Source: an uncultured Pseudomonadales bacterium (GTDB lineage Bacteria; Patescibacteriota; Microgenomatia; UBA1400; PJMF01). From it: DNA of 64,000 bases. Position numbers and translations under genes: made by a program. The notes below the pieces were generated by a model. That model saw only the letters and a program-made list of their open reading frames with translations, was not told the DNA's origin and ran no database searches. Numbering within the stretch: position 1 is the first letter of the stretch; the number at the start of each line of letters is the position of its first letter. Where the stretch lies: the NCBI GenBank assembly GCA_964620965.1, contig CAZUHV010000001.1, forward strand, positions 329,718 to 393,717. Reading direction: 5' to 3'. Shown piece by piece: positions 21,874 through 31,436 of the stretch.

Positions 21874-21928
21874 CACTGTAGTTCGAATCCTAGGATGCGG
21901 AGCACCCGGGTCTGGAACCCGTGCGTCG
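21874..21928. repeat. Intergenic repeat copy 3 (TCACTGTAGTTCGAATCCTAGGATGCGGAGCACCCGGGTCTGGAACCCGTGCG)
   Basis: Matches copy 2 except TGT to CCC in the centre. Read on the minus strand it has tRNA 3'-end architecture (T-arm-like stem-loop plus a 7-nt acceptor-like strand plus G). Confidence 0.75.
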
Positions 21929-22316
21929 TTATAGCTGTCCCGTTCCAGAATAGAGCTTCCAGGGTAATTTTAACAAAAATGGGACAAATGGGACACTATA
22001 AAAAGGGTGTGTCTTGTTTTTGAAGCTCGATCATTTTGCTATTTTCACCACAAGCAGTTGTTATATTATTTTGCCTATTCATCCAACCTTTGGTTGGAAT
22101 CAATTAAAGAAATGTTTTACAATTTTCACAGATAACTATTGGGGAGTTTGGAGCTAGCCTTCAAAAAGAACTGTTAGGTTTAACAAAAGATTTTAGTTAT
22201 AATGGTCTAGCATATCTTGCAACTCAAGTATTTATTTCGTCGCTCTGAATAAAGAATAGTAATTGAATCTGCCCTATGGCTAACAACCTACTACTACAAA
22301 CAATAATTTATATCGT

Positions 22317-23238
22317 ATGCTTTTTTTGGTATGGATTGGAGCTGGCCTAGTTGTTTCTCCCATATCCGATCTCTCCAAATCTTGGAGGCTACCACGATTT
22401 ATTATCTCTTTTTTCCTACTAGGCATTCTTACTTCGCTCCCTGAAATCACGATTAGTACCATAGCCATCTTGAACAACGACCCGGTCATAGTCGCTGGCA
22501 ACTTATTAGGGGGGAGTTATTGTTATGTTCTTGGGAGTAATTCCTCTTTTGGGTTTAGTGGGCAATGGAGTAAAAATGCCCACTCAGCTCAACAAGAAAC
22601 AACTCATCATTACTCTTTTAGTTGTGGTTGCTCCGGCTTTCCTAACTGCTGACCAAAAAATTGGCCAATACGAAGCGATTTTCTTGATTTTGCTTTATCT
22701 TAGTTTATTCGTCATGTTTTCTTTCAAGCAATCATTTTTTGAAAAGATTAAAACTGGAATAATCAGCAGGAAAAAGAATAGCATGAGACATCTCTTTAAG
22801 ATTGTGCTTGGGGTTTCAATTTTAATTGGAGCTAGTAATCAAATTGTCAATTCGACTCTGTTTTTTGCAGATATGTTTAAAATATCTCCATTTTTTGTTA
22901 GTTTGATTGTAGTTGCTTTGGGGACCAACATACCTGAAATATCAATTGTTTTCCGCTCAGTTTTGAGTGGTAAAAAAGACATTGCACTAGCTGATTATCT
23001 TGGCTCTGCTAGTGCGAATACATTACTTCTTGGTATTTTCACCCTGATGCATGGAGAAACCATCCAGCTGCCCAACCACTTTTTTCAACGATTTTCTTTC
23101 TTAGCAGTAGGACTTATCTTATTTTTCTTCTTTGCTCGATCTAGAAACACGCTGTCTCGAAAAGAAAGTGCCATTTTACTCTCGCTATACCTGGGATTTA
23201 TCATGTTTGAAATGTTGCTCATTGCACGTTTGGCTTAA
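22317..23238 (+). pseudogene. Na+/Ca2+ exchanger (CaCA family) interrupted by a +/-1 frameshift at a poly-G tract (about 22505-22512)
   Basis: ORF 22317-22652 encodes the first alpha-repeat (GNLLGGSY) and ORF 22525-23238 the rest (ALGTNIPEISIV...) in another frame. The frames switch at the run AGGGGGGAG. Confidence 0.6.
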
Positions 23239-23293
23239 CTTACACGGCTATTAGGCAGAAAAAATGTTCAGATCTTTGACAAGTTTATCTGAA

Positions 23294-23773
23294 TTAAGTA
23301 CTTAGCTCTTGGAGTATGCTTTGCAAATCAAGCGGCTCTGTCACCATTTCTACCATTCCATCATTTCTGACTTTCCACTCCTTACGTGGACGGTCTACAT
23401 ATAATTCCACACCATTGTCATCCGGATCTCTTAGATAGATTGCCTCGCTTACACCATGATCCGCTGAGCCTTCAAGTGGATAGTTTGTGTCTATCAATTT
23501 TTGTAATACTTTTGCCAGCTCTTTCCTTGATGGATATAAGAAAGCCACATGGTACATACCTGTGTAGCCTCTTGGTGCTGACTTAGCACCTTTGCCCGAC
23601 CAAGTGTTGAGTCCAATATGATGATGATATCCACCTGCCGAAAGGAACACTGCTGAATCGCCGTAACGAGCCGATATCTCAAATCCTAGAAGGTCGCGAT
23701 AAAAAGCCAGTGACCGATCTAAATCAGAAACAGTAAGATGAATATGTCCAACGATAGTATCTTTATGTGCCAT
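23294..23773 (-). CDS. VOC-family (glyoxalase/bleomycin-resistance/extradiol dioxygenase-like) protein
   Basis: IGHIHLTVSDLDRSLAFYRDLLGF and a second beta-alpha-beta-beta-beta module (YHVAFLYPS...), 159 aa. Confidence 0.75.
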   Translation of the reverse strand: MAHKDTIVGHIHLTVSDLDRSLAFYRDLLGFEISARYGDSAVFLSAGGYHHHIGLNTWSGKGAKSAPRGYTGMYHVAFLYPSRKELAKVLQKLIDTNYPLEGSADHGVSEAIYLRDPDDNGVELYVDRPRKEWKVRNDGMVEMVTEPLDLQSILQELST

Positions 23774-23790
23774 ATATGTTGTTGCGGAGA

Positions 23791-24414
23791 TTAAAATCCG
23801 AGTTTTTCCTTTACCAGGATAACAGTTATTTTTCTTCCTATCATGGGATTTTCCTTGTGAAGGATAAGTGTTTTGGCGTGTGTGGTGTGAGCGTTGTAGA
23901 CACTCATTAAGCGCTTATCCTCAAGCGGAATGACGTGTTCTTCGAGTCTTTGAAGGGCGCTTTCAAGTGTGGGCGTTATCTTTTGGGCACCAACCACCAA
24001 AATGATATTTGGTGAGGTAAAGACAAGATGTGGTAACTGACTACCCGAATTTGAAGCGATGACCACCTCTCCAGTTTCAGAAAGGGCATGGACACTTCCA
24101 AGGTAATAATCTGAGAAAGCAGATTCGCGTCGGAGCTTACTTTGCTTTTCAGGATCTTTTTCAGCCAGAATGTTCGCATGAAGATTGTTCCATCCATGCG
24201 TATCAGATTTAAGATAATCAACAAAACCGATCTCTTTGAGAGTTATAGATGATCCATTATGAATCGATGCATTGGTTGGAATGAGTGATTTGATTTTTTC
24301 CAGCGCCTCAGTCTTGGTATCAACCACTTCTGCCTGAAAACCATTAGCAATCAGTGACTTCACTGTTTTGTTAATCGATTCCTGTGACGCGAGCGTGTTA
24401 AATGTGTTTGTCAT
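23791..24414 (-). CDS. LUD-domain (DUF162, LutC/YkgG-like) protein
   Basis: 207 aa; overall pattern including the C-terminal IILVVGAQKI...LILHKENP resembles the lactate-utilisation LutC family. Confidence 0.5.
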   Translation of the reverse strand: MTNTFNTLASQESINKTVKSLIANGFQAEVVDTKTEALEKIKSLIPTNASIHNGSSITLKEIGFVDYLKSDTHGWNNLHANILAEKDPEKQSKLRRESAFSDYYLGSVHALSETGEVVIASNSGSQLPHLVFTSPNIILVVGAQKITPTLESALQRLEEHVIPLEDKRLMSVYNAHTTHAKTLILHKENPMIGRKITVILVKEKLGF

Positions 24415-24439
24415 ATATCTCCTTTGAAGATAAATATCA

Positions 24440-24715
24440 TCAAGCTAAATTAGCCGTGAGTTTTTTTAATAATGTGGTCATAAAATTGGCATTTACAAAA
24501 TAAAATATTTCCTGCCCTTTGCGGGAGCTTTCTACAAGATTTACTGATTTAAGCACGTTTAAATGTTGAGAAACTGCTGGTTGTGATAATTTGGAGAGTT
24601 GTGCTATCTCTCCAACAGTTCGTGGTTTTTTCATTATTGTCTGGAGGATGGTAAATCGATTCTCGTTACCAAGCCCTTTCCCCAACATTGCCATTTGTTT
24701 ACATGTTTCTGACAT
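24440..24715 (-). CDS. ArsR/SmtB-family HTH transcriptional regulator
   Basis: 91 aa; RFTILQTI...PRTVGEIAQLSKLSQPAVSQHLNVLK winged-helix motif. Divergent from the cupin pair. Confidence 0.85.
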   Translation of the reverse strand: MSETCKQMAMLGKGLGNENRFTILQTIMKKPRTVGEIAQLSKLSQPAVSQHLNVLKSVNLVESSRKGQEIFYFVNANFMTTLLKKLTANLA

Positions 24716-24901
24716 ATTTATATATTAGCATATATGAATATATTTATGCAAGTGATAGATAAATGTCTACTGCCAACGTTTGTCTTGCATCGAGATTGAG
24801 AGGGCTAAGCCAAAGCTCTTCAGGAAAGATGATGCCAAGAAGCTTAAAGTTTTTTATCCCCTACAAACATCAGATAAATTCGTTACAATAGTAGAGAGGA
24901 G

Positions 24902-25306
24902 ATGCATATGAAAGGGGTTCACACAAATATTGATAGAGCGACTACTGAGAACCTGAATTTTCGTCAGGTACTCTATACAGGTAAACACACACAATTGGTG
25001 TTAATGTCTTTGCTGCCTGGGGAAGAAATTGGTCTTGAAACACACCTGGAAAATGATCAGTTTTTCCGTTTTGAGCAAGGTGTTGGTAGGTGCATTATTG
25101 ATGGGAACGAGTATGAAATAAAAACGGACGATGCTATCATTATTCCGGCTGGAGCTGCGCATAACATTATCAATACTTCAGAAACTGAAGCACTTAAAAT
25201 GTATACTCTTTATAGTCCTCCACATCACAAAGATAGTATCGTCAGGTCGACTAAAGCAGAAGCAGAAACTCACGAAGCAGAGTTTGACGGAATTACAACT
25301 GAATAA
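24902..25306 (+). CDS. Cupin-domain protein
   Basis: 134 aa; G.E.GLETHLEND...IIPAGAAHNIIN cupin motifs. Confidence 0.8.
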   Translation: MHMKGVHTNIDRATTENLNFRQVLYTGKHTQLVLMSLLPGEEIGLETHLENDQFFRFEQGVGRCIIDGNEYEIKTDDAIIIPAGAAHNIINTSETEALKMYTLYSPPHHKDSIVRSTKAEAETHEAEFDGITTE

Positions 25307-25319
25307 GAAAGAGATTTGT

Positions 25320-25673
25320 ATGTCAAAACCAACATTTAGCTTAGAAGTTAAACCGTTTGTAGCTGAAAAACTCATTGCCTATCAAGATGGTTCTGTAGTG
25401 AGTAGAGAAATATTAGCCACTCAAAATACCACTATCACCTTGTTTGCCTTTGCCCAAGGACAAGGACTCAGTGAGCACACCACTCCATTTAATGCCCTCA
25501 TGCAGATCTTGGATGGTGAGGCTCACATCACCATTGGCAGAGATGAATACGTGGTCAAAGCCGGAGAAATAATCATTGCTCCAGCTAACACGCCACATGC
25601 CCTTAAGGCTAGCAAAGCTTTTAAAATGATGCTGACAATGGCGCGCGATCCCAAGCCTCCCAGCACTGAATAG
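25320..25673 (+). CDS. Cupin-domain protein (paralog of 20403-20732)
   Basis: Start at ATG 25320 (MSKPTFSLEV...). GQGLSEHTTPF...APANTPHALKA; high identity to the 20.4 kb cupin. Confidence 0.8.
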   Translation: MSKPTFSLEVKPFVAEKLIAYQDGSVVSREILATQNTTITLFAFAQGQGLSEHTTPFNALMQILDGEAHITIGRDEYVVKAGEIIIAPANTPHALKASKAFKMMLTMARDPKPPSTE

Positions 25674-25903
25674 TTTTATCACACTTATTTTTGGTGTTCC
25701 CGAATTTTGATTCTTACTTCATTTTCTCGCCAATAGCTTTCACCATACCGAGAGTTTCTAAGCATTCTCGGATAGTGCCGATGTCATAGCGATCTTCGTA
25801 GTGTTGTTGTGGTTGCAAATATTGAAACGACATAACTCCTTTCGCTAACTATCACTTAGCAATAAGCATATTCGCTTTTGCCTGCTTTACCTATATAATT
25901 CAC

Positions 25904-27325
25904 TTGATGAAACTGACCAAATCACTCTTCTTAAGCTACCTGGAATCACCACTGCATATGTGGTTGTCAGTGCACAGCGATACTCCACCAAAGCCACCAT
26001 CCCTGTATGACCAGCACACGATGAAACAAGGCTACAGTGTTGAAAAATTGGCCAAAGAATTTTTAAGAGCGAAAGTTGCGACTCAGTATCCTGCTGGCAC
26101 CACACTCAGCTTTGAAGCGACCCTGACTGACGGTAACTATGAATCGCGCATTGATGCGCTAGTACATGACACCGTGAACAACACCTATGACTTGTATGAA
26201 ATCAAAAGTAGCACCACCATCCACACTGAGCATAAATATGATGTGACCTTTCAGTATTTAGTTGGCAAAGTCACTCTTCCGATCAACAAAGTTTACTTAG
26301 TCAGAGTTAACAGTGACTACCAACGGGCTGGGGAGATTGATATCGATGAACTCTTCATCGTGGAAGACATGACAGATCACATCGCCAAAAAAGAAGATGA
26401 GGTGTATCAACTCAGGTCTGAAGCATGGGGAGTGATGCGACTTGAACAAGAACCAAGTGACGAGCATTGTTTTAATCCTGGTACCTGTGTCTATCCTGAC
26501 CACTGTTTCCCCAATCTACCCGATGGCTCAATTTATGAACTAGGCAGAGCCAGCAAAAAACAATATAGCGAACTACTGGATATGGGCGTAGAGTCGGTCA
26601 GAGATATTCCCGATACGTTTACCAGTAACTATAAGCAAAGACTGCAAATTCAATCTGCCAGACAACACCAGCCAATCATTGACCACGATGCCATTGCAGA
26701 AGAATTAAGTAGGCTGGAATATCCCATCTACTTCTTAGACTATGAAACCTATGGTGAAGCTCTACCCATGTACGATGGCTATAAGCCGTATCAGCAGGCA
26801 GTCACACAGTTTTCCATCCATGTGGCTCGACATCCTGACAGCGATGAATTTGAACACTACGAGTTTCTAGCAACTGAAGCTGGCGATCCAGCCAGACACC
26901 TCGCCTCAGAGTTGTGCAAAGTCATTGGTGAGACTGGTTCAGTGATTGTGTGGAATAAGGGCTTTGAGTGTGGCAGAAATGATGAGCTGGCTGTCTTATG
27001 CCCAGATTTAGCTCCACAACTCAAAAGCATTAACGAGCGAGTCTATGACCTGATGGATATTTTCAAAGATGGTTTGTATGTCGATTACCGCTTTCATGGC
27101 AGTGCCTCAATCAAAAAAGTCTTACCCGTGCTATGTCCTGAGCTGAGTTACAAAGAATTAGAAATTGGTGAAGGAACCAAAGCTATGTTGGCTTGGTATG
27201 AGATGGTACATGGGAATTTAACTGCTGAAGCAAAAGAGCAGATCAGACAAAACTTGCTGACCTACTGCAAACTGGATACTTGGGCGATGGTGGAAATTTG
27301 GCAAGTCTTACATAATCTGATGTAG
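25904..27325 (+). CDS. RecB/Cas4-like PD-(D/E)xK nuclease domain fused to DUF2779-like C-terminal domain
   Basis: N-terminus has D-x(n)-E-x-K (IDALVHD...YDLYEIKSS) followed by a Cys cluster (CFNPGTCVYPDHC), as in Cas4/RecB-family nucleases. The 270-aa C-terminal part matches the usual architecture of DUF2779 proteins. GC clearly higher than flanking core. Confidence 0.5.
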   Translation: MMKLTKSLFLSYLESPLHMWLSVHSDTPPKPPSLYDQHTMKQGYSVEKLAKEFLRAKVATQYPAGTTLSFEATLTDGNYESRIDALVHDTVNNTYDLYEIKSSTTIHTEHKYDVTFQYLVGKVTLPINKVYLVRVNSDYQRAGEIDIDELFIVEDMTDHIAKKEDEVYQLRSEAWGVMRLEQEPSDEHCFNPGTCVYPDHCFPNLPDGSIYELGRASKKQYSELLDMGVESVRDIPDTFTSNYKQRLQIQSARQHQPIIDHDAIAEELSRLEYPIYFLDYETYGEALPMYDGYKPYQQAVTQFSIHVARHPDSDEFEHYEFLATEAGDPARHLASELCKVIGETGSVIVWNKGFECGRNDELAVLCPDLAPQLKSINERVYDLMDIFKDGLYVDYRFHGSASIKKVLPVLCPELSYKELEIGEGTKAMLAWYEMVHGNLTAEAKEQIRQNLLTYCKLDTWAMVEIWQVLHNLM

Positions 27326-27517
27326 ACAAAACCCGAAAAGACTTTTATATTCATTTTCAGATCTTTAAAAAACTGGCGAGGAAACCTCCAGCCCTTATTA
27401 GGGGGTATTAGTCTAGCTCACGCCTTCCCTCCTAAGGACATCACTTGGTGTTTTTAGGCGGGGGAGCGTTTTAAGTAGCAAGCTTCCCTTTAATACATTG
27501 GAAAGGAGGTGAGAAAA

Positions 27518-27694
27518 ATGGTTAGATTCCAAATCTATATTGACCAAAATGGTGAATACAGATGGCGTCTTGTCGCTGCAAACAACGAAATCGTTGCTTG
27601 GAGTGAAGGTTATAAAACCAAGCAAGGTGCTGTCGATTCAGCAAATTGGGTCAAGACCAACGCAAGTTGGGCCCCAATCCATGATTTAACCTAG
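27518..27694 (+). CDS. DUF1508 (YegP-like) domain protein
   Basis: MVRFQIYIDQNGEYRWRLVAANNEIVAWSEGYKTKQGAVDSANWV is a typical YegP/DUF1508 repeat. Strong RBS AGGAGGTG 7 nt upstream of ATG 27518. Confidence 0.75.
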   Translation: MVRFQIYIDQNGEYRWRLVAANNEIVAWSEGYKTKQGAVDSANWVKTNASWAPIHDLT

Positions 27695-27701
27695 TGTTAA
27701 A

Positions 27702-28241
27702 TCACTCCTCGTCAGTTTTTTGAGGATAAACCATAAAAGCAAGTCTTCTACGAAACATAGACCAGTTGTCCCATTTCAAATCTGACCAATATCTCCAACT
27801 TAACTTTTTCTTATATTTGTTACCTATTGAATCAATGAAAACTAAATTATCAACTGATTTTCTTTCATCTATACATGCTTGTTTAACCAAATCATAATTA
27901 AGTGTTACTGTTATTTGCTCATTCTCGTCCAACTTTTTTGGCAAATCATAAACTAAGTAATCATTAGGAAAAACAAATAAAGATTTTTTATCAGATGTTT
28001 CAAACTCAGCACTTTCCACTACGATTGGTCTTCTGCCAGCATTTCTTATGACTAGAGATAAAGTATCAATCTGCTGTCTCATTCCCACAGTAAATCCTCT
28101 TTTTATACCAACTTTTATTTTTGGTTTATCTTGTAGATAAATGATGGTAGATAAAATTGCACCCCAACCGGCCAGAACAACAGTAGTAATTCTATCCCAA
28201 TTTGCACCAATATTTTGGATAAATGAGTTTAGATCGACCAT
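27702..28241 (-). CDS. Hypothetical membrane-anchored protein
   Basis: 179 aa; one N-terminal TM helix (ITTVVLAGWGAILSTIIYL) and a soluble domain; no motif recognised. Confidence 0.45.
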   Translation of the reverse strand: MVDLNSFIQNIGANWDRITTVVLAGWGAILSTIIYLQDKPKIKVGIKRGFTVGMRQQIDTLSLVIRNAGRRPIVVESAEFETSDKKSLFVFPNDYLVYDLPKKLDENEQITVTLNYDLVKQACIDERKSVDNLVFIDSIGNKYKKKLSWRYWSDLKWDNWSMFRRRLAFMVYPQKTDEE

Positions 28242-28260
28242 ATATTTTTTTATAAATTTT

Positions 28261-28402
28261 CTAAGATTTCAATTTGTACGTCCTCATCAAAATCATCAAT
28301 GTTATCAACTAAATCATTTGCATTATCTTGAATGATTTCTTCAGTTTCGTCGGTTGAGCCTTCTTCTTGTATTTTTTCAATGAGATCAAAATCATTGGGC
28401 AT
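28261..28402 (-). CDS. Possible small highly acidic protein (47 aa)
   Basis: Not in the ORF track (under 60 aa). The minus-strand ORF gives MPNDFDLIEKIQEEGSTDETEEIIQDNANDLVDNIDDFDEDVQIEIL, immediately downstream of hsdR. Weak RBS. Confidence 0.25.
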
Positions 28403-28462
28403 GTTAGCTACTTTCAGGTTTTTTCATTTGTTCTAATTCTAATTTTTTTGTTTATAAGCTAA

Positions 28463-31432
28463 TTAATAGTATTCTTTAATATACTCATAGCATTTATTAA
28501 ATAACTCAGTTTCTTTGTGCAATTTATATTTCAACAACGTTTTTCTTAAGGCTCTCTGAACCTCACGCTCACCAGCATTAGTTGATTGCCATCCTGGAAA
28601 GCGAACAATTTTTACAATTTCATCAATGTCATTGACTATTCTCTCAACGATAGCTGGAGTAGCATCAGTTTTTACTTCCAAGAAAAGCTCTGTTAATGCT
28701 GTTTTTGCATTATTTCTTTCCTCTTCTGTTTGAACTTCTTTTTCAATGGCAACTACATCACGAGCTATATCAACTAAGCCTTTTAAGAAATCAACACTAC
28801 TGATTAAACCCTGAATAGCTTTATCTCTGAGTTTTTCTAATCTCTCACTGAGAGCAACAAATTGGGGATCATCAGCATGCTTCTTTAATCGTTTCGATAT
28901 TTCCTCTTCCATCTCTTTAATCTTTTTACCATCAGAAACTTGCGTTAAGCTTTCAATTAAATCTGCATCTAAGATTACTTTCTCCAAATCATCATTCACC
29001 GTATCAATATGAATGTGCTCGTGCATCATTTTGGTTGTTTGAGCACCAAGAGCATGCCAGAGCAATCTACCAGTATCTCCAGATGGTGGCTTGATAGATT
29101 CATATACTTGGGTAATCCATCGATAATCTTTTTCATACCTATTTAAAACTGGGTCAGGTGAAATAGCCTCCCATAGCTTTGATAAGTATTTGTAGTCAAC
29201 TGCGAATGCATCTTTCTTTTCATCAGAGTGTAAGCAGTCTTGAGCGAGCTGTAGTCCTTCAAAACCTTCTACATCTCTATCAACATCGGGGAAGTGACTC
29301 AAGCATTTCTCAATTGCATCAGGCAATTCAGATTTCAACTCTGCCAAATTAGTTACTACTCTTTGAACTCTTTTATCATCGAACTCAAGTGATTTAGCTA
29401 CGTCATCAAACACACCAAAGTAGTCAACAATTAATCCATGAGATTTATCTTTGTAAACACGATTTGTCCTACAGATTGCTTGTAGAAGATTATGATCTTT
29501 AATAGATTTATCAAGATACATGCATTGTAAAATTGGAGCATCAAAACCAGTCAATAGTTTTGCAGTAACAATCAAAATCTTCAATGGATTTGATTCTTCT
29601 TTAAACTGATCGAGTAATCTTTCTTCTTGGTCTTTGCTTAATTCATATTTCCTTCTGAACTCAAGTTCATCTGATGCAGAAGTAGACATGACAACTGCAG
29701 ATGACTCTGGAGGGAATATTTCATCAAGTGCTTCTTTATAAATTCCACAAGCTTCTCTGTCTGGCACCACAATCATGGCCTTAAATCCTTGAGGTTCAAC
29801 TCTTTGAGTGTAGTGCTGCACGATATCTGCAACAATTTTCTCAATTCTTTTTGGTGATTTTAGGAACGCCGACATCTTTGCAGCTTGGTCAACCAGTTGC
29901 CTGCGATCTTCATCAGTCAAGTGCTGAGTTATTTTGGCAAAAGCTTCATCCACTCCAGCCTTATCAACGTGGATATCAATTAATCGTGGCTCGAAATGTA
30001 GTTTAAGCGTAGCTCCATCGCGTACAGACTCATGGAAAGAATATAGAGACATGTAGCCCTCAGTATCTTCTGGAGATCCAAAGGCATAAAAAGTATTGCG
30101 ATCAACCTTATTGATAGGAGTACCAGTTAAACCAAAAAGGAAAGCGTTTGGAATTGCCGACCTCATCTTCCTGCCCAAATCACCTTCTTGTGTTCGGTGA
30201 GCCTCATCAACCAATGCAATGATATTTGATCTTTCATTCACAGCTTCAGAGACATCTCTAAACTTATGCATCATGGTGATGATAATTTTTCTGGTGTCAT
30301 TCTCCAGTAATTGTTGGAGTTCTCGAATACTGTCCGCGGAAACGACATTTGGTATCTCAGTAACAGAGAAATTATTAGACATCTGACTATCCAAATCTTG
30401 ACGATCAATAATCACCAATACTGTTGGGCTTTTTAATTCTGGGGAAAGACGTAGTTTTTGAGCAGCAAAAACAATTAAGTACGATTTACCAGAACCCTGG
30501 AAATGCCAAATAAGACCTTGTTTAATTTTGCCTTCTTTAACTCTTTCGACAATTTTATTTGCACCTTCATACTGTTGGTAACGTGCAATGATTTTGATAC
30601 GTCTGTTTTTATTATCGGTAGCATAGAGGGTGAAGTAGCGTAGTAAATCAAGCAACCTCTCAGGTTTAAGATGGTCTTCCAGTGCAATATCAATTTCTTT
30701 TAATTGAGCGTGTTTCTTTTTGCTGTCTTCTGTTTTCCATGGACCCCAAAGTTCCAATGGCATACGAACAGACCCATAGCGATACATCTTTCCCTCAGTG
30801 GCAAATGAAAATAGGTTAGGAACAAATAGTTGTGGAATAGTGTTCTCGTAATCATCGTGGATATCAACTGCTCCATCAAACCAAGAAATGGCTGGACGAA
30901 CTGGAGTCTTTAATTCACCAATTACAATAGGAATACCATTAATCAAAAATGTTAAGTCGGGTCTTTTTTCTGTTTTTCCTAGAACTGTGTATTGGTTGGT
31001 GACAATGTATGAGTTGTTATCGACATTGTCAAAATCAATTAATCTTACCGGAACATGCTGGTTATTTTCTCCAAACGGCATGGTTTTGTCACCAGAAAGC
31101 CATTTAGAAAATTCTTCGTTTGCTCTGACCAAACCAACAGAATCAACTGACAATAAAACAGCTCTGAGTTTATATAAAACCTCATCGGCTCTTGACGGAT
31201 TTTCATTAATTTCAGGATTAAGTCTCTTAAGAGCTTCGATTAACTCATCTTCTACTAAAATATCGGTTTCACTTCGCCTGAGCAGTTTGGGATGAACATA
31301 TTTCCATTGATAATCACCATAAATTTGCTGTTCCTCACCCAACGTGAAAGCATTGCCTTCTGGTGGCAATGAATAACCAGTAAGTTTCTTTATGATATAT
31401 GGTTCGATGGTGTTTAATTCGTTGAATGACAT
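28463..31432 (-). CDS. hsdR: Type I restriction enzyme R subunit (HsdR)
   Basis: 989 aa; SF2 helicase motifs (HFQGSGKS Walker A, DEAH-like VDEAHRTQ, motif VI QAICRTNR) and an N-terminal nuclease region. Confidence 0.9.
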   Translation of the reverse strand: MSFNELNTIEPYIIKKLTGYSLPPEGNAFTLGEEQQIYGDYQWKYVHPKLLRRSETDILVEDELIEALKRLNPEINENPSRADEVLYKLRAVLLSVDSVGLVRANEEFSKWLSGDKTMPFGENNQHVPVRLIDFDNVDNNSYIVTNQYTVLGKTEKRPDLTFLINGIPIVIGELKTPVRPAISWFDGAVDIHDDYENTIPQLFVPNLFSFATEGKMYRYGSVRMPLELWGPWKTEDSKKKHAQLKEIDIALEDHLKPERLLDLLRYFTLYATDNKNRRIKIIARYQQYEGANKIVERVKEGKIKQGLIWHFQGSGKSYLIVFAAQKLRLSPELKSPTVLVIIDRQDLDSQMSNNFSVTEIPNVVSADSIRELQQLLENDTRKIIITMMHKFRDVSEAVNERSNIIALVDEAHRTQEGDLGRKMRSAIPNAFLFGLTGTPINKVDRNTFYAFGSPEDTEGYMSLYSFHESVRDGATLKLHFEPRLIDIHVDKAGVDEAFAKITQHLTDEDRRQLVDQAAKMSAFLKSPKRIEKIVADIVQHYTQRVEPQGFKAMIVVPDREACGIYKEALDEIFPPESSAVVMSTSASDELEFRRKYELSKDQEERLLDQFKEESNPLKILIVTAKLLTGFDAPILQCMYLDKSIKDHNLLQAICRTNRVYKDKSHGLIVDYFGVFDDVAKSLEFDDKRVQRVVTNLAELKSELPDAIEKCLSHFPDVDRDVEGFEGLQLAQDCLHSDEKKDAFAVDYKYLSKLWEAISPDPVLNRYEKDYRWITQVYESIKPPSGDTGRLLWHALGAQTTKMMHEHIHIDTVNDDLEKVILDADLIESLTQVSDGKKIKEMEEEISKRLKKHADDPQFVALSERLEKLRDKAIQGLISSVDFLKGLVDIARDVVAIEKEVQTEEERNNAKTALTELFLEVKTDATPAIVERIVNDIDEIVKIVRFPGWQSTNAGEREVQRALRKTLLKYKLHKETELFNKCYEYIKEYY

Positions 31433-31436
31433 ATGC

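Noticed and set aside
21874-21960. Possibility that the repeat copies are intact tRNA genes
   Set aside because: I tried folding both strands. Only the T-arm-like hairpin and the acceptor-like 3' strand are present; there is no D-arm, anticodon arm or 5' acceptor strand. They are fragments or mimics, not functional tRNAs.
25131-25319. Upstream extension of the second cupin ORF (ORF track start 25131)
   Set aside because: The extension overlaps the end of the first cupin gene in another frame. The paralog alignment and an ATG at 25320 define the true start.
30475-31295. ORFs 30475-30693 (minus strand, out of frame) and 30888-31295 (plus strand) within hsdR
   Set aside because: Fully nested in hsdR (the first out of frame, the second antisense); no independent support.
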